A DNA stretch of 64,000 bases from Octopus bimaculoides (Eukaryota). Made by a program: the position numbers and the translations under genes. The stretch lies in assembly GCF_001194135.2 (NCBI RefSeq), contig NC_068982.1:85977764-86041763 (forward strand), read 5' to 3'. The notes beneath the pieces are model-generated. The model did no database searches and was not told where the DNA came from. It saw only the letters and a list, made by a program, of their open reading frames with translations. This document shows, one piece after another, positions 26,495 to 40,124 of this stretch (positions are counted from its first letter, which is position 1; each line of letters opens with the position of its first letter).

Positions 26495-27560
26495 AAAACT
26501 TGGTAGAGTTATGATGTAAGCATGTGCTAAAACCCCTCATAACTTTTTTATTTTTACAAATCTTTACAAATTTTTTTTCAATTCTGTCTTCTGCATAATG
26601 GAATTGACATGATTGTGCGAAAAAAAAAAAAAAATTCCTCCCCACCACATTTTGTTTTTTTATAATTTATGGTTTTAAAATATGGACAATTTAAATCTAC
26701 CATTCATTTCTCTTTATAATTTGCAAATAATTTTTAAATACTTCAAAATCAAAATTGTGTAAATATGTGTGCCAGAAACAGTAGTTAAAAATTAAGGAAA
26801 CAGATTTTGGGGAGATCTCTTATTATGACTGACTTTTATTCCCTTATTCTAATATCTTCTGAAACTTATGCATATACATGTATAAAATGCATACAGAAAC
26901 ATATATAAATATATACACATACATATACATTTTTACAGAGTTATATGCATATATAAATATTTCGGCATATCTACACAATCGTGCTCCAAAGATTTGCTTC
27001 TTTATAACCTCAATATTTCTTAATGAAATTTTCTACTAATATACTTCAGATTGTGTAGATTCCACCATTAGGCTTTGTTATATATATATATAATAAGTGG
27101 GTGTATACGTAATGTTTTAGCTGTATCTTTATAGATGCACATACACACATATGAACTAGCAAACCATCGGTTATGACAATCACAAGTATCCAAAACTTCT
27201 TCACCACTCTTCCAACTTCATTTTTCCTCTTAAAAAGAAGGCTTTCGTCTACTTGGACTATATGTCATACCACTGTACGGCTGCTAATATTGTTGATGGA
27301 CATGCAGCATGTCACTGGCATTTCACATATAAGGTCCAGGATTATGTGTGAAAACCGTCAATTGACTTTTTTCATAAAAATATTAACAAATTATTTGTAA
27401 ATTATAGAGATGAATGGTAGTCGTTTTTTTTTTTTTTGCACAATGATATTAATTCCATTATGCAGAAGACAGAATTGAAAAAAATTTGTAGAAATTCGTA
27501 AAAATAAAAAAAGTTATGAGGGGTTTTAGCATGTGCTTACATCATAACTCTACCCAAAAC
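26495..27560. repeat. Inverted repeat pair (~26495-26745 vs ~27360-27560)
   Basis: GTAGAGTTATGATGTAAGCA..TGCTAAAACCCCTCATAACTTT vs AAAGTTATGAGGGGTTTTAGCATGTGCTTACATCATAACTCTAC. Confidence 0.85.
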
Positions 27561-28120
27561 TCTTATTTAAATGTTGATTCTTTGGGATGAACCATATGTG
27601 ATTATTTAAGAAAGCTAGAATGACAACAGTCAAAATATCATAATGGATGGGTAAATAAGCATCCTTAAAGTGAAGCAACACATTGGTAGGTAAACAAAGG
27701 TAACAACAAATAGGAGAGAAGGCAGGGAACATCACCTAACAAGTAACTGAGAATAGGTGAAGGTAAGCTTGCCAAAGATTAATGCAATTTAAACATGGAG
27801 ATTAAGATTGTTTGGTTACTGGATATTCATTGTGTACAGTATTTCTAGTCAATTTAATCACTGTCGCTGGTGGACAGTGGAAATAAATAAATAGACGAAA
27901 TCCTTTCACATTTATAAAAAGATTAAAAAAGTATGGACGACCCTACATACAAAAAACTATGTCCATTTACGCTGGAGCTCTGGGTAAAATGTCATAGTGC
28001 ATGACCATCCTTGAGACATAAGTAATGTGTATAAAGTTTGGTGAAAATCAGTTGAGAATTATGGAAATGTATACGTTAGTCATTATACACACACATACTG
28101 CGATTTATATATATACTAGA
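27156..28120 (-). mobile_element. Non-autonomous Helitron (degraded)
   Basis: Minus strand: A^TCTAGTATATATATAAATCGC at 28120 and TTTGCTAG^T at 27156 (CTAGCAAAC shared with 25961). The 3' hairpin is weak. Confidence 0.5.
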
Positions 28121-29487
28121 TTACTTTGTAGAAAAATTCTAAATGTAAAAAACATAAATAGAATCAAACATTTTCCAAAGTTATGTGCTACAGAGCAGAG
28201 GTAATTAATTATTTGATTATTAACAATGTGATACCCAGTTACATTTTTATCTATTCCTTCATTCATAATGTCATTTTCTTAGTAGGCCCTTAATACAATC
28301 AACAAATTGCTTCATTTGCATCTTGTTTTCATTTAATTTTTTTTTCCACAAGTCTAAGTAATGAAAGAAGATATTTACTAAATGCATTATGTTAACTTTC
28401 AGTGCTATTATTGGTACATAGCAAGCCATTTTGTAGATGTTCATGTAAAATTCCAACATTATGTCAGAGATTGTATTTGTTGGTATTTTTCATGTCATAC
28501 AAGCCTAATGCATGTAGATTCAAAACATATCTGAAGGCTTCATAACAGGTGTTATTTTAATCACTCAAAATCCAACAAGTTCTTCAAATACAACATCAAT
28601 TAGAGGCACAAGTGTTAGAACTTAAAAGGATTTTATCAGAAAAGCATGTTCCAGATTTTTGTACCAACTCTAATAATAATGTTTGAATTTTAAGCCAACA
28701 ATACTATCCAAAACTTTTTGCTGTAGGGAAGTCATTTGCAGAACTTATAAGTCATCATTTCAAAATCAATAATCAGTGTCTCAGACAAAATCTGAGCTCT
28801 TTGTTTTATGATGACTTGAAGGATTTCATTGAAGTTATCACATATAACAGCATAGACCAAGGCATGAACAGTATATAACTGATATGCAACATCAAAAGAT
28901 CCATTACTGAACTAGTTAACATTTTGAGTAAGCAAGTCTAATGTTTATTTTTTTCAAGGGATGCAAAAATATGAAGATTGTTCTTTCAATAAAAACTCTA
29001 CTTTCCTGGTTGTTACACATAGCTCATCTATAGATTGTCACTTTCATTGAATCCTCTGTCTCAAAGATATTTTCTTTTTAAGACAACCAGTAGCTATTAG
29101 TAAAAAGCTCTGTCTTAAACTTAGTATCATAGCTGATATATGTTTATCTGGACAGAAATAATCAGTATTAATCAGACATTGGAGTTTTGTATCATTATCA
29201 TCTGAAATTTTGATGTACCCAAAATTATATTAAAACAATACACATAAATTAAATGACTGCTCTGTGTGTGTGTGTGTGTGTATTTACTCTTTTGCAAAAT
29301 TATTCTCTGGAATGTCATTTCAATGAAAAATGGTTCCACTAAAATGTTTCCATGGGAAGCGATTTGATAAAAAGTCATGATACCTTACATACAAAGATAG
29401 TTTTGTAGCTTTGTTTCCATATCATGTTTTTATTATCTAGGCTCATTGAGTGATTTCCTTTAATGCTCATACATTACTAAAGCTTAA

Positions 29488-30220
29488 CCCTTTCGTTACT
29501 AACCCGGCCGTAGCCGGCTGAAGAATTTTTTGGTTCATAAGACCAACCGGGCCGTAAGTACCCATTGTTATTTAAATATATATTTGAACCCAAATCTCAT
29601 TAGTACATTTGTTAAAACACCTAATTTCACTTTGCAAACAGTTGAGTTATTGTATCCGACATTGTTTGGCGTGATATTTGAACTCAGTGAATTTTGGAAG
29701 ATTTTTTTCCACATTTTTTGCGGCATTAATTTTTTTCAACTTTGAAGATGGAGAGGAGTTTCATGCTATCAAGCAGTGATTCCGAATTTGAAGGTTTTTC
29801 AACAGAAGATATGGAGATATCGAAGAAAAGAATGAATGAGCTACAAAAGTACGTGGTGAACGATAATGAATCGGATATTTCTGTNNNNNNNNNNTTTGAA
29901 CTCAGTGAATTTTGGAAGATTTTTTTCCACATTTTTTGCGGCATTAATTTTTTTCAACTTTGAAGATGGAGAGGAGTTTCATGCTATCAAGCAGTGATTC
30001 CGAATTTGAAGGTTTTTCAACAGAAGATATGGAGATATCGAAGGAAAGAATGAATGAGCTACAAAAGTACGTGGTGAACGATAATGAATCGGATATTTCT
30101 GTATCCGAAACTGAAAGCAGCGACGGTGACAGCGAGGATGATTTTACACCAGAATGGAGTAAAGATTTAAAAAATATTTTTATTAACAATTTTTCTGAGG
30201 AGACAGGGTCTACCCATAGT
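29488..30220 (+). mobile_element. piggyBac-like transposon 5' end with N-terminal transposase fragment
   Basis: TTAA^CCCTTT terminus. ORF 29960-30226 encodes an acidic N-terminus (SSDSEFEGFS...ESSDGDSEDDFTPEWS..F.EETG) typical of piggyBac transposases; truncated before the catalytic domain. Confidence 0.7.
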
Positions 30221-31169
30221 ATGTAATATGCAACACAGACAGTAAACAAAAATAAAATAAAACAGGAACTATTAGTTATAAAAGCAGGCCATGGCTAACT
30301 AATTTACAATTCCATGAGTGTTCTGGTTTTTAGAAAAGGCAGCTAAACGGATTTGCAACTGGAAGGGCATCTGGCCATAAAATATGGCTTCAAAATGTCT
30401 TTGCCAATATAAAAAAGCAGATTTAAAAATAATGATGGTGACATATTGTAGGATTTAAATACTAAAAAACAATACATTTGACTTTCTGTCCCTGACTAGA
30501 ACTCCTACCTAAGTTAACTATCTTGGTTTCTGTAAAAAACTAGCTAAAAATATGAACATCTTATGCAATCCTTATTTCTTCACAAAATAAACATTCTATT
30601 TTAATGTGACCTACACAATCTCTTTTGATTTGGCCAAGTCTACATTGATATAACAAAGAAATTTATTTGATCCCTAACAGACACTTGGAAGTGTCTCAGC
30701 TGATTTAAGAAACTTTCACATCTTTCTATCCAGTTCATTATTTTCATGTAATCCATGAGTGCATTTAAGATAACATTCCAGTCTCCCACTAACACTTATT
30801 AGCAAGGTGTTGTTCAGAATGTTTTCACATACCTAGATAATTCTTTGCCAAATAATTACTACTTACCTGCCATTCTAGTACAGAGAACTCACTTTATCTT
30901 GAAATCTAGTCCCTTCCAAAACAAGACTCAATCTGAGATGACTGAGAAAAGTATTAACCTAATGGTCAACAAGAAGTATGAATATCTGTGAGTTAGAAGC
31001 CCTAGTCTCACTGATGGTCATTGCATATAACTTAAGTGACCAAAATTCTAGAAGCCCTTTAGTCCATACATATCTGATATAACTAATTTTTAACAGAGCC
31101 ATAGTAGAAGTGAAGTGGGAGAGAAAGAGAGAGAGAGATGGAGAGAAAGAAATAGCAGTAAAGCAAATC

Positions 31170-31218
<49 letters not shown>
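31170..31218. repeat. (AAT)n microsatellite
   Basis: Pure AAT run. Many other (TA)n, (TG)n, (AC)n and (TATC)n tracts occur in the window. Confidence 0.95.
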
Positions 31219-31443
31219 GTAGTAGTAATAGTAGTTGGTGTGTGAATCAATAAATTATGATTCTATGACCTAATCAGCTTGAATAATTTTAATGCTGTTG
31301 TTTTCCCTTTGTGAAATATCATGCCCATTCTAACTCTTATATTTCCACTCAACTATAAATCTGTAACATTATGATTATGTTAAAAAGATTATATAGGCCA
31401 TCATACTTCACAGTATAATCTTCAACAATTCATATCAATATAT

Positions 31444-31856
31444 AGGCACAGGCATGACTGCTTTATTAAGAAGTTTGCTTCTCAACCATGTAATCTTAGG
31501 TTCAGTCCCACTGTGTAGCATCTGGGCCAACCAAAATCTTGAGAGTGAACTTGGTAGATGGAAACTAAAAGAAGCTCATTGTATACAGAAATGTGTATGT
31601 GTGTGTGTGTGTGTGTGCATACTTATATGTATGTGTACCTCCACTTAACAACACATGACGCATCACCATCATACAAGTGGTGTTGTTCATCTCTAGTCTT
31701 CAGTGGAAAACACGTTTAGCCATGAGAAATATTACGTTGTTTGGAAACAGGTGACATTTGGCACCAAGAACATCTTGTCATAGAAAGTCTATGTCAACAA
31801 ATTCCATCTGACCTATGCAAGCATGAAGTAGTGAATGTTAAATGATAATGATGATG
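31444..31856 (+). mobile_element. tRNA-headed SINE with RTE-like 3' tail
   Basis: Head similar to 151/1339 (GGCACAGG..GGTTCAGTCCCACTG); the 3' end CTGACCTATGCAAGCATG...TTAAATGATAATGATGATG resembles the RTE 3' ends in this window. Confidence 0.6.
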
Positions 31857-33959
31857 AGGAGGAGAAGGAAGAGGGAATGGAAGAGAAGGAAGAAAAGGAG
31901 GCAATAATTCTTCATTGTATTAAGCAATATTCACTCTTTTCCAATTGTCTTTCTATGCTAAAATCTCCAAGTAAAAATTTTATCTAAACTGAAGTATTAA
32001 TGAGAGGCAATAGACTCAGCTACTGCTATTTATGGTAGGTGGGGGTTACTTTCTGTGGTCAGTTTATTTTGATGTTTTTCACAAAGCTTGAATATATAAA
32101 CTTAAGGAACTCTGAAAAATGTTTTAAATTTCTGTGCTTTAATTCTCTAATATCTAGTTTAAAATGATAAAAATAGACTATTAAGTTACATTTGTACATA
32201 ACAATAACATATTTATTTCATAACTTTTAACATCACTTCAAAAGATAGTGCTTTGGGAGAATCTTATGAATTGAGACTAGGCAAAAGCATACAAATAGGA
32301 ACATTAACATACAAAGATAATAGTAATTTGCATAACAAACAGTACTAAAATCACATCACTAAATAATTGAAAAGGAGAAACATTTATAAAAGAGAAAATA
32401 TCAACAACGTAACTTTAAAAAGAAATATTTAGTTTTAAAATTATGAAATTATGAAATTATTTTACTGAAGAAATTCATTTAATTCTTGAATAGCTAAATT
32501 GATCTGAACAACCACAACAAAATATAATATTTAAAGAGAAACATTTTATCTGAATAATAACACGGTTGTGTACACACAAATTCATTATAATGATTACTAA
32601 ATATGGTTCAAATTGTGAAAGAAATATATGGAAACTAAGAAAATAGCCATGCAAGAATTCTATGAGAGAAATTAAGAATACTTTTACTACAGACAAATAT
32701 GAGCAGAAAATGAAGCAAAAGCTGCAAAAATAGCAAGTATCTAAAAACTAAATTTGATATCATAAAGCTATCAAATTTAGAAAGCAAGATATTACACAAT
32801 AAAAAGTAAGATGAAAAATGAAATATTTTATCTTAAATATAGTAGTAATAATCAATGTTATTTTCTGCCTCAAAGAAAATAACAGACTACTGAGTTTTTC
32901 AAACATTTTGCACGACAATGTGACAGGATTTTTCAATAAAATTTACTATTTAAATATAATTTATGATACAAATTAAAAGTAATCTTTAAAACTGACAAGT
33001 GAACTTTTCCCCATCAAAAAAGTAATTCTACTGTTCTGCTTAGATTTATTCTGATTAGTGCAATGATGTGACCATGTAAATATATTTAAAATGAAAAACA
33101 TTTCATACTGATGGTAATGAAAATAACATCTATATAAAAGATATTTGATATTGTAACAAAATTAAACTATTTTATATTAAACAGAATGTTACAAGTATAT
33201 AAAATATAAACTTATAAATTTATCCATAAGATAATTTATTTTCATTCATGCCTGTATTTTAATCTATGACTGCTTCAAGTGTGTATATTAATTTAAAACA
33301 AGTTACCTATTTCATGTCTTCAATGCTTAGTGAGCTTAGATGATATATTAGCCTTAATGAATGTCTTTAGAATATAAAACAATTATTGAAAACTTTGCAT
33401 GCAATGTCCAGTTTGGAATCTATTCTTTGCTAAAGCTGGGTCTGACGATAAGATTATTTACAAAATAATCACTTTACACATTCAAACTAACTCAATATTT
33501 ATGAGTTCAACTTTTCAGTTAAGCTCACTGTGGGAATGAGTTGAACCAGAAGCAAAGGGTCAGTGAAATCACACAAATGGCTGAAGGGCCTTGCAAGAGG
33601 CACAGAAGTGAAGGAGGCCATGTGAGAAGAAACAGGACCAGTATGGATTTCTTTTGCTCTGGGGCTGCTGGATGGTACAGACATGTAGTAGTGTGAGTAG
33701 AGGAAATTTGCTTTTAGGTTCTAGCTAGAGGTTAGGGCACCTATGGATATAACCTGGCGGGGAAAGGATCGATGCTATGAAAGAATTGTACTTTTTCCTC
33801 TCATACAATCAGCTGTTTTGGCCTTTGTCCATTTTTTTCTCCTGTATATGTTACAAAAATAAAAATCAGTTGTAATGCCATTAGCTCCTTCTGTGGCAAA
33901 GGAAATATTATTGTCTGTTACATCCTCAATGTCTTGTACTGCCACCACCTTGATCTTCT

Positions 33960-35090
33960 GAATCCAGAAGAATCAGGATCATGTTCAAGGGAGAGGTAGA
34001 GAGATGGGTTGAGGAGGGTATTTTAATCCCTTGGAAGAAGGAAGTAAAGAGCAGAGTGTTGCTGCTAATGGTAGTGGTGCAATCAATGAAAGGCAAGGTC
34101 AGGACTTTTGAGAGCTGAATGACTATGTATTGTACCACATGGGTAGTGAAGCTGCCAGTGTCTGTAGGGAAACATTACAAGAATGGAGACAGACAATGAG
34201 GGCTTCAACAATCATTGACTTGAAGTTAGCATATTTGCAGCTACATGTGGCTGAGAATTTATGGAAATATCAACTGGTAAGACAAAAGATCCAGATGTAC
34301 TGCTTAACCAGGCTGGATTTTGGGTTGAATTCAGCACTAAAGATCATGGCAACAGTCCTCAAATCTATTCTGGGAAAAGTGGACAAGTTGAAAAAGTTGT
34401 AAAGAGACGAGGTAGACATACTGGTATTTTAGAGAGGAAATGAGGAACTGGGTACCAGCATGAACAAACAAGAACTGTTCTTAATGTGTAGGTGACTGGT
34501 GGGTCACTACTCAATCAAGAGGCAGCTCCAAACAGTGTGTAGCTATATCAAGAGACGAGTGGATAGGTTGAGCTGGGGAGGGGGGCAAAGTAGGAGAGAA
34601 GACAGTGGCTATGATGCAAGAGATCCTGGAGAGGGTAAGAGGAGAAGTTGGTAGGTATGTGAATTGGAGAACAAGCATAGTGATAAGGGTTATTCTGGAA
34701 ATAGAGGCACTGAGGTGAAGGAAACAGCATGGTTCAGGAAAATGGATGATTGCAACCACATCAATGTGGCTGAATTGGATGCAGTGTTGAAGGGAGGGAA
34801 TTTGGCTCTGAGATGGGAGCTGTGTACTATCAAAATCTGAACTGATTTCATCACTGTGTTTGGATGGGTGCGATCAGTAATTACTGACAATAGGAGGGAA
34901 TGAACAAAAGGTGAGACAGAGATGTAAATAAAGAGCTACTTTGGGATTCTGGGAGAGCTAGCTGTTGTATTCAGTTTGAAATTGAGCATGGTCTTTGTGT
35001 CCCCAGAAAGGAATAAGGTGGACATCCTAATCATGGTGAAGAAAATTTGGTTGATAGTACCAGAGGATTCAGAGTGAGGGATAGCTGCAG
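33960..35090 (+). mobile_element. Older Ty3/Gypsy pol fragment (RT + RNase H)
   Basis: ASTIIDLKLAYLQLHVAENLWKYQLVR...CLTRLDFGLNSALKIM and AWFRKMDDCNHINVAELDAVLKG, homologous to 58080-58950. Confidence 0.85.
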
Positions 35091-35444
35091 TGTTGGTTAA
35101 GTATCTTGGAGGTCAGGAGACTGCATGCCATGGGCTGTCAGATAGAATGGACATGTGTAGCCATGTGAATAGAGAGAATTTTCTGTTAGGTTCTGGCCAG
35201 AGATTAAGCTGGTAGGGTACCTACAGATATTAACTGTTAGAAAAAGATCAATGCCATGAAAGAACAAACAAGGTAGATAAATTATGCTTTCTTTCCCCAT
35301 ACTGCACTCACACAATGTAATATTATTACTTTCTTTCTTGTTTCTTTCCTTTAGAAATTCAGTATATTTTACTTAATATACATAACTTTTAATTTTGAAA
35401 AGCTTGTAAGGAATCACGATACCTTACAATAACATCTAAATCAT

Positions 35445-35640
35445 CATCATCATTTAACATCTGTTTTCCATACTGGCAAGCCAGAGAGCTATACGAGGCT
35501 CTAGCTTAATTTGGTATGGTTTCTATGGTTGGATGCCCTTCCTAATGCTAACCACTTTACAGGGTGTGCTAGGGGCTTTTTATGTGGCACAACACAAGTG
35601 GCACTGGCATGAGTGCTTTTTATGTGGCATGGCACAGAAC
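35445..35640 (-). mobile_element. RTE 3' UTR fragment
   Basis: (CAT)n tail, TTTTCCATACTGGC, GGTTGGATGCCCTTCCTAATGCTAACCAC; reverse complement of the 3' UTR at 18380-18553. Confidence 0.75.
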
Positions 35641-35746
35641 TCTTATATATATATATATATATGCACACATGCATGTACACACACACATGCATGTACACAC
35701 ACACATTTGAGTTGTTATAAAAGAAGTTTGTGGATCAGGTGGCCTA

Positions 35747-35786
<40 letters not shown>

Positions 35787-35949
35787 ACTGCAATAAATAA
35801 TGTATTTATATTCAGGTACCACACCCCTCAAAATTCCAGTGCATCTTCTGCACCTCAAAAACACTGCAGAGGTCTTCTTCTTGAAGACCATCTAATATTA
35901 CTTGAAATTTATTTCAGATTTCCTGTCATCTTCTTCAGCTTCAATTCCA

Positions 35950-36850
35950 TTTGAGGAAATACAGCAAAATCATAGGGGGGTAAGTCAGGCAAGTATGAAA
36001 GGTATAAAGCTCATTACTTTGGTCTTTGTTAAAAACAGCATCATCTTGAGAGAGGTGTAAATGGGAATGTTGTTATGATACAACAGCCAATTGCAGTTGT
36101 GCCATAATTATACTTGCTTTCATCACATGTCTCTCAAGCATCTCAAATATAGCAGTAAAAATTTGAACTCATTGAACTGCTGAGAAGAACAAATTCATGA
36201 TGAGAAATGCCCTTAACATTGAAAAGAAGTGACAACCCAACTTTTCAATACAGTTTGGATTTACTGTGCTTTCTTTGGTCTTGACAGACCCTTCCACTGT
36301 GATGACTACTGTTTTATTTCTGAAGTGCAGTCATAAACTAAATTTACATCATTGTGATGATTCTAGTGATGAAAATTGGGTCATTATTATCCTCCTTACA
36401 AAGCTCAAGACATGATATACTAGGTTTTGATTGTATGCCATAAGCAAGAGGACAAACATCACACCAACACAATGCATGGAAATCTTATGGCAGACTTCAT
36501 AAATGATTTTAATCATGTGACAAAGCTGGTAACAGTCCTTTTTGATGAGTTCAAGAATCTTTTTCACATTTTCTGGCATTTTGCTATGAATTGGTCTCAT
36601 TGAACACCCATCATCTTGAACCAATGTCAAATGTGGATTCTCGAGTTATGCGTTTTTTAGGGGTTTGTTTCCACAAATTTAAGTAGTGAAACCTGGAGTT
36701 ATTGCCCTTTACTGTGAACACCTGGATAGTTTTGTTTGCGTGCTTGCTTGTGTGCATGCTTGTCTGTAATTTAATACAGTCAAACTGGCGCATAATGGGA
36801 AAATACTTTGAAAGTAAGGTTCCACTGAAATGTGAATACAAACGGAATAA
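35950..36850 (-). pseudogene. Degraded mariner-type transposase
   Basis: DDGCSMRP..SKMPENVKKILELIKKD (HTH region), then WLLYHNNIPIYTSL (HDNA..HT-like) on the minus strand. Confidence 0.65.
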
Positions 36851-37202
36851 AACAAGTTTTGTGTGAATCGGATCACGGGTTCCCGAGATATGCAGTTTTT
36901 TGGGTATCTTGAATTATTGGTGACTCAAAGGGTCACAGGTAGTCTGGTCATCATTATTATTGCTGCTGCTGCTTCTGGCAAATAGTACATAATTTCATTA
37001 GTATTAAATAGCCTGTTAATTTTTTGGTAGTTTTTGTCTAGTGTTTAATTGTAATCACTAATTTTACAGTCCTAATACGTATCTGCATTAGTAGTAAATA
37101 ACTTGCTAATTCTTTGATAGTTTTGTCTAGTTTTTAATGACAATTCCTATTTTTACAGCCTTAATATGTATTTTTGTTAGTAGTAAACAGCTTACTCTTT
37201 TA

Positions 37203-37584
37203 CTCTTTTACTTGTTTCAGTCATTTGACTGCGGCCATGCTGGAGCACTGCCTTTTAGTCGAGCAAATCGACCCCAGGACTTATTTTTTGGAAGCCTAGT
37301 ACTTATTCTATCGGTCTCTTTTGCCGAACTGCTAAGTTACGGGGACGTAAACACACCACCATCGGTTGTCAAGCGATGTTGGGGGGACAAACACAGACAC
37401 ACAAACACATACATATATATACGACGGGCTTCTTTCAGTTTCCGTCTACCAAATCCACTCACAAGGCTTTGGTCGGCCCGAGGCTATAGTAGAAGACACT
37501 TGCCCAAGGTGCCACGCAGTGGGACTGAACCCAGAACCATGTGGTTGGTAAGTAAGCTACTTACCACACAGCCACTCCTGTGCC
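37203..37584 (-). mobile_element. Full-length, relatively young SINE copy
   Basis: Complete head-CORE-(TG/TA)n-tail structure with CpGs retained; colinear with 151-583. Confidence 0.9.
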
Positions 37585-37886
37585 TTGTTAATTTTTTCGG
37601 TAGTTTTCATCTAACATTTAATAGCAGTCACTATGTTTACTGCTTTAATACATATTTTCATTAGTAGCAATTAGCCTGTTAATTCTTTAGTAGTTTCCAT
37701 TTAGTGTTCAACAGTAATGGCTGTGCTTGCAGCTCTATCTTATTAAGAAAATAGTAATGTTTATGGACCATTTTATCTCTTTCTCTTGCCCATCCTGCTT
37801 TACTGCCAACTCTTTGTTCTCCTAGCAGCTCAAAACCACCCTTTCCTTTTTGTGTATAAGCACAATGCATGTGTGTGCGTGCACAT

Positions 37887-37934
<48 letters not shown>

Positions 37935-38506
37935 NNNNNNNNNNNNNNNNNNNNNNNNNNNNNNNNNNNNNNNNNNNNNNNNNNNNNNNNNNNNNNNNNN
38001 NNNNNNNNNNNNNNNNNNNNNNNNNNNNNNNNNNNNNNNNNNNNNNNNNNNNNNNNNNNNNNNNNNNNNNNNNNNNNNNNNNNNNNNNNNNNNNNNNNNN
38101 NNNNNNNNNNNNNNNNNNNNNNNNNNNNNNNNNNNNNNNNNNNNNNNNNNNNNNNNNNNNNNNNNNNNNNNNNNNNNNNNNNNNNNNNNNNNNNNNNNNN
38201 NNNNNNNNNNNNNNNNNNNNNNNNNNNNNNNNNNNNNNNNNNNNNNNNNNNNNNNNNNNNNNNNNNNNNNNNNNNNNNNNNNNNNNNNNNNNNNNNNNNN
38301 NNNNNNNNNNNNNNNNNNNNNNNNNNNNNNNNNNNNNNNNNNNNNNNNNNNNNNNNNNNNNNNNNNNNNNNNNNNNNNNNNNNNNNNNNNNNNNNNNNNN
38401 NNNNNNNNNNNNNNNNNNNNNNNNNNNNNNNNNNNNNNNNNNNNNNNNNNNNNNNNNNNNNNNNNNNNNNNNNNNNNNNNNNNNNNNNNNNNNNNNNNNN
38501 NNNNNN

Positions 38507-39065
38507 ATGCATAGGATCTTGATATCATCAGAACACATAACTGTATAAAAAGTCCAAGAAATAATTGAAAAAATCCCTGGAAAGTCATTCAGAGCCATTG
38601 CAAAGGATCTCGAGGTTTCAGAGTGCACCCTCAGAAGAGTTGTGCATGAGGACATCCGGTACAAATCATTTTTGATGGATGCATGCCAATCTCTATGATC
38701 ATGTTCTCCCAGATACACGGCCTCCTAGCTCACCAGACCTCAATCAACTGGACTATTATATATGAGGCATAAGTCGAGAGAGAGGTCAATCAACACCTCC
38801 ATAACATCATACAATCTTTCAAGTCTGCCATAACGAGCACTATGTTCAAAATTGATAAAGATCATCTGATTCAGGATGTCAATGTTTCCAACTCTGTACT
38901 GAAGCAGCCATTGATGCTAACAGTGAATTCAATGAATAGGTGTGATAAAAGGATTCTCAAGATTATTTGTACCAACTTGTTTTTATATACAACTTTTCTT
39001 TTATGAGCTATGCATCTTTTTCTAAATTCATACAAATGACCTCAAAAAACTGATGCATTCCGTAC
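38507..39065 (+). mobile_element. Internally deleted Tc1/mariner (maT-like) element
   Basis: KVQEIIEKIPGKSFRAIAKDLEVSECTLRRVVHEDIRYKS, then PPSSPDLNQLDYYI; the middle of the DDD domain is deleted. Confidence 0.75.
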
Positions 39066-39077
39066 ATATATCATCAT

Positions 39078-40120
39078 TTAATGTCTGTTTTCCATGCCGG
39101 CATGGGTTGGATGGTTTGACAGGAACTGGTCAGGCAGAAGGCTGCACCAGACTTCTGTGTTTGTTTTGGCATGGGTTTTTATGGCTGGATACCCTTCACC
39201 AACCACTTCACAAAGAGGACAGTGCTTTTTAGGTGGCACCAGCAGAGGCAAGGTCAGTTTTGGCATGGTTTTTACAGCTGGATGCCCTTCCAAATACAAA
39301 CTGCTTTACAATGTGGACTGGATGCTTTTTACATGGCACCAGCAGTGGCAAGGTCACCAAGTAACTTGCAAGACAAAGAATCTTTGAGAGAGAAGGAGGC
39401 ATTGGAGGAGGTGGTCTTGTGTCAGAAGATGAAAGGTTAGAGTGTGACAGAGAGACAGAAACAGGTGTCTTGCTGTAAAGGTACATGGAGAGAGAGAGAG
39501 AAAGAGAGAACTGAACTCCTACTTGTATGCCAAATTCATCACTGCATTGATGGCTGACTCTCACCTTACTGACAGCATCACTGTACATGGCTTGTACAGC
39601 TCTAACAAGCCACTCCTCTACTCCTAGCTTCCATAGAGACCGCCAGTGTGTTCATAGAATATACTACTCCAGGTGCATCTATCATACAGGGAGTTTATGC
39701 TCTTTGTTAGTCTGCTTGATTCCACTACATCTTTTGTGTGTCCATAGCTTACATTGAGTGCAGTATACAGAATTTATACCTACTTCAGCATATCAGGCAA
39801 AGTTGTTCCTCTGAAGGTACAAGGGTGGTGCCTCCTTTCTTACATTCTAAAAGTTTTGTCTTAGCTAAGTTTACTATGATACCTCACAATTCCAAATTTA
39901 GCCCCCATGACTGGGATTTCCTCTCTAATTCCCGTCTGGATTCAGTTATGAGCACTAGATCATCAGCACATATGAGTTGTCATGCACAACTAGCTTTAAA
40001 CTCCTCTGTAATGGTCTGTGGTACTATGATTAAGAGGAAGAGACTCACAACTAAACCTTGATGGACTCCAGCCCTCACACTAAAGACTTCAATGAAGTTG
40101 ACTCCCACTTTACTTACACC
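39078..40120 (-). mobile_element. RTE LINE pieces (3' UTR at ~39078-39480; RT fragments at ~39500-40120)
   Basis: CATCATTTAATGTCTGTTTTCCATGCCGGCATGGGTTGG tail; CTGTACATGGCTTGTACAGCTCT shared with ~1530; minus-strand RAGVHQGLVVSPL. Confidence 0.75.
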
Positions 40121-40124
40121 ATCT

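Noticed and set aside
29676-30103. ~210-bp tandem duplication of the piggyBac ORF start
   Set aside because: The two near-identical copies directly flank a 10-N gap, which is typical of unmerged contig overlap; likely an assembly artefact.
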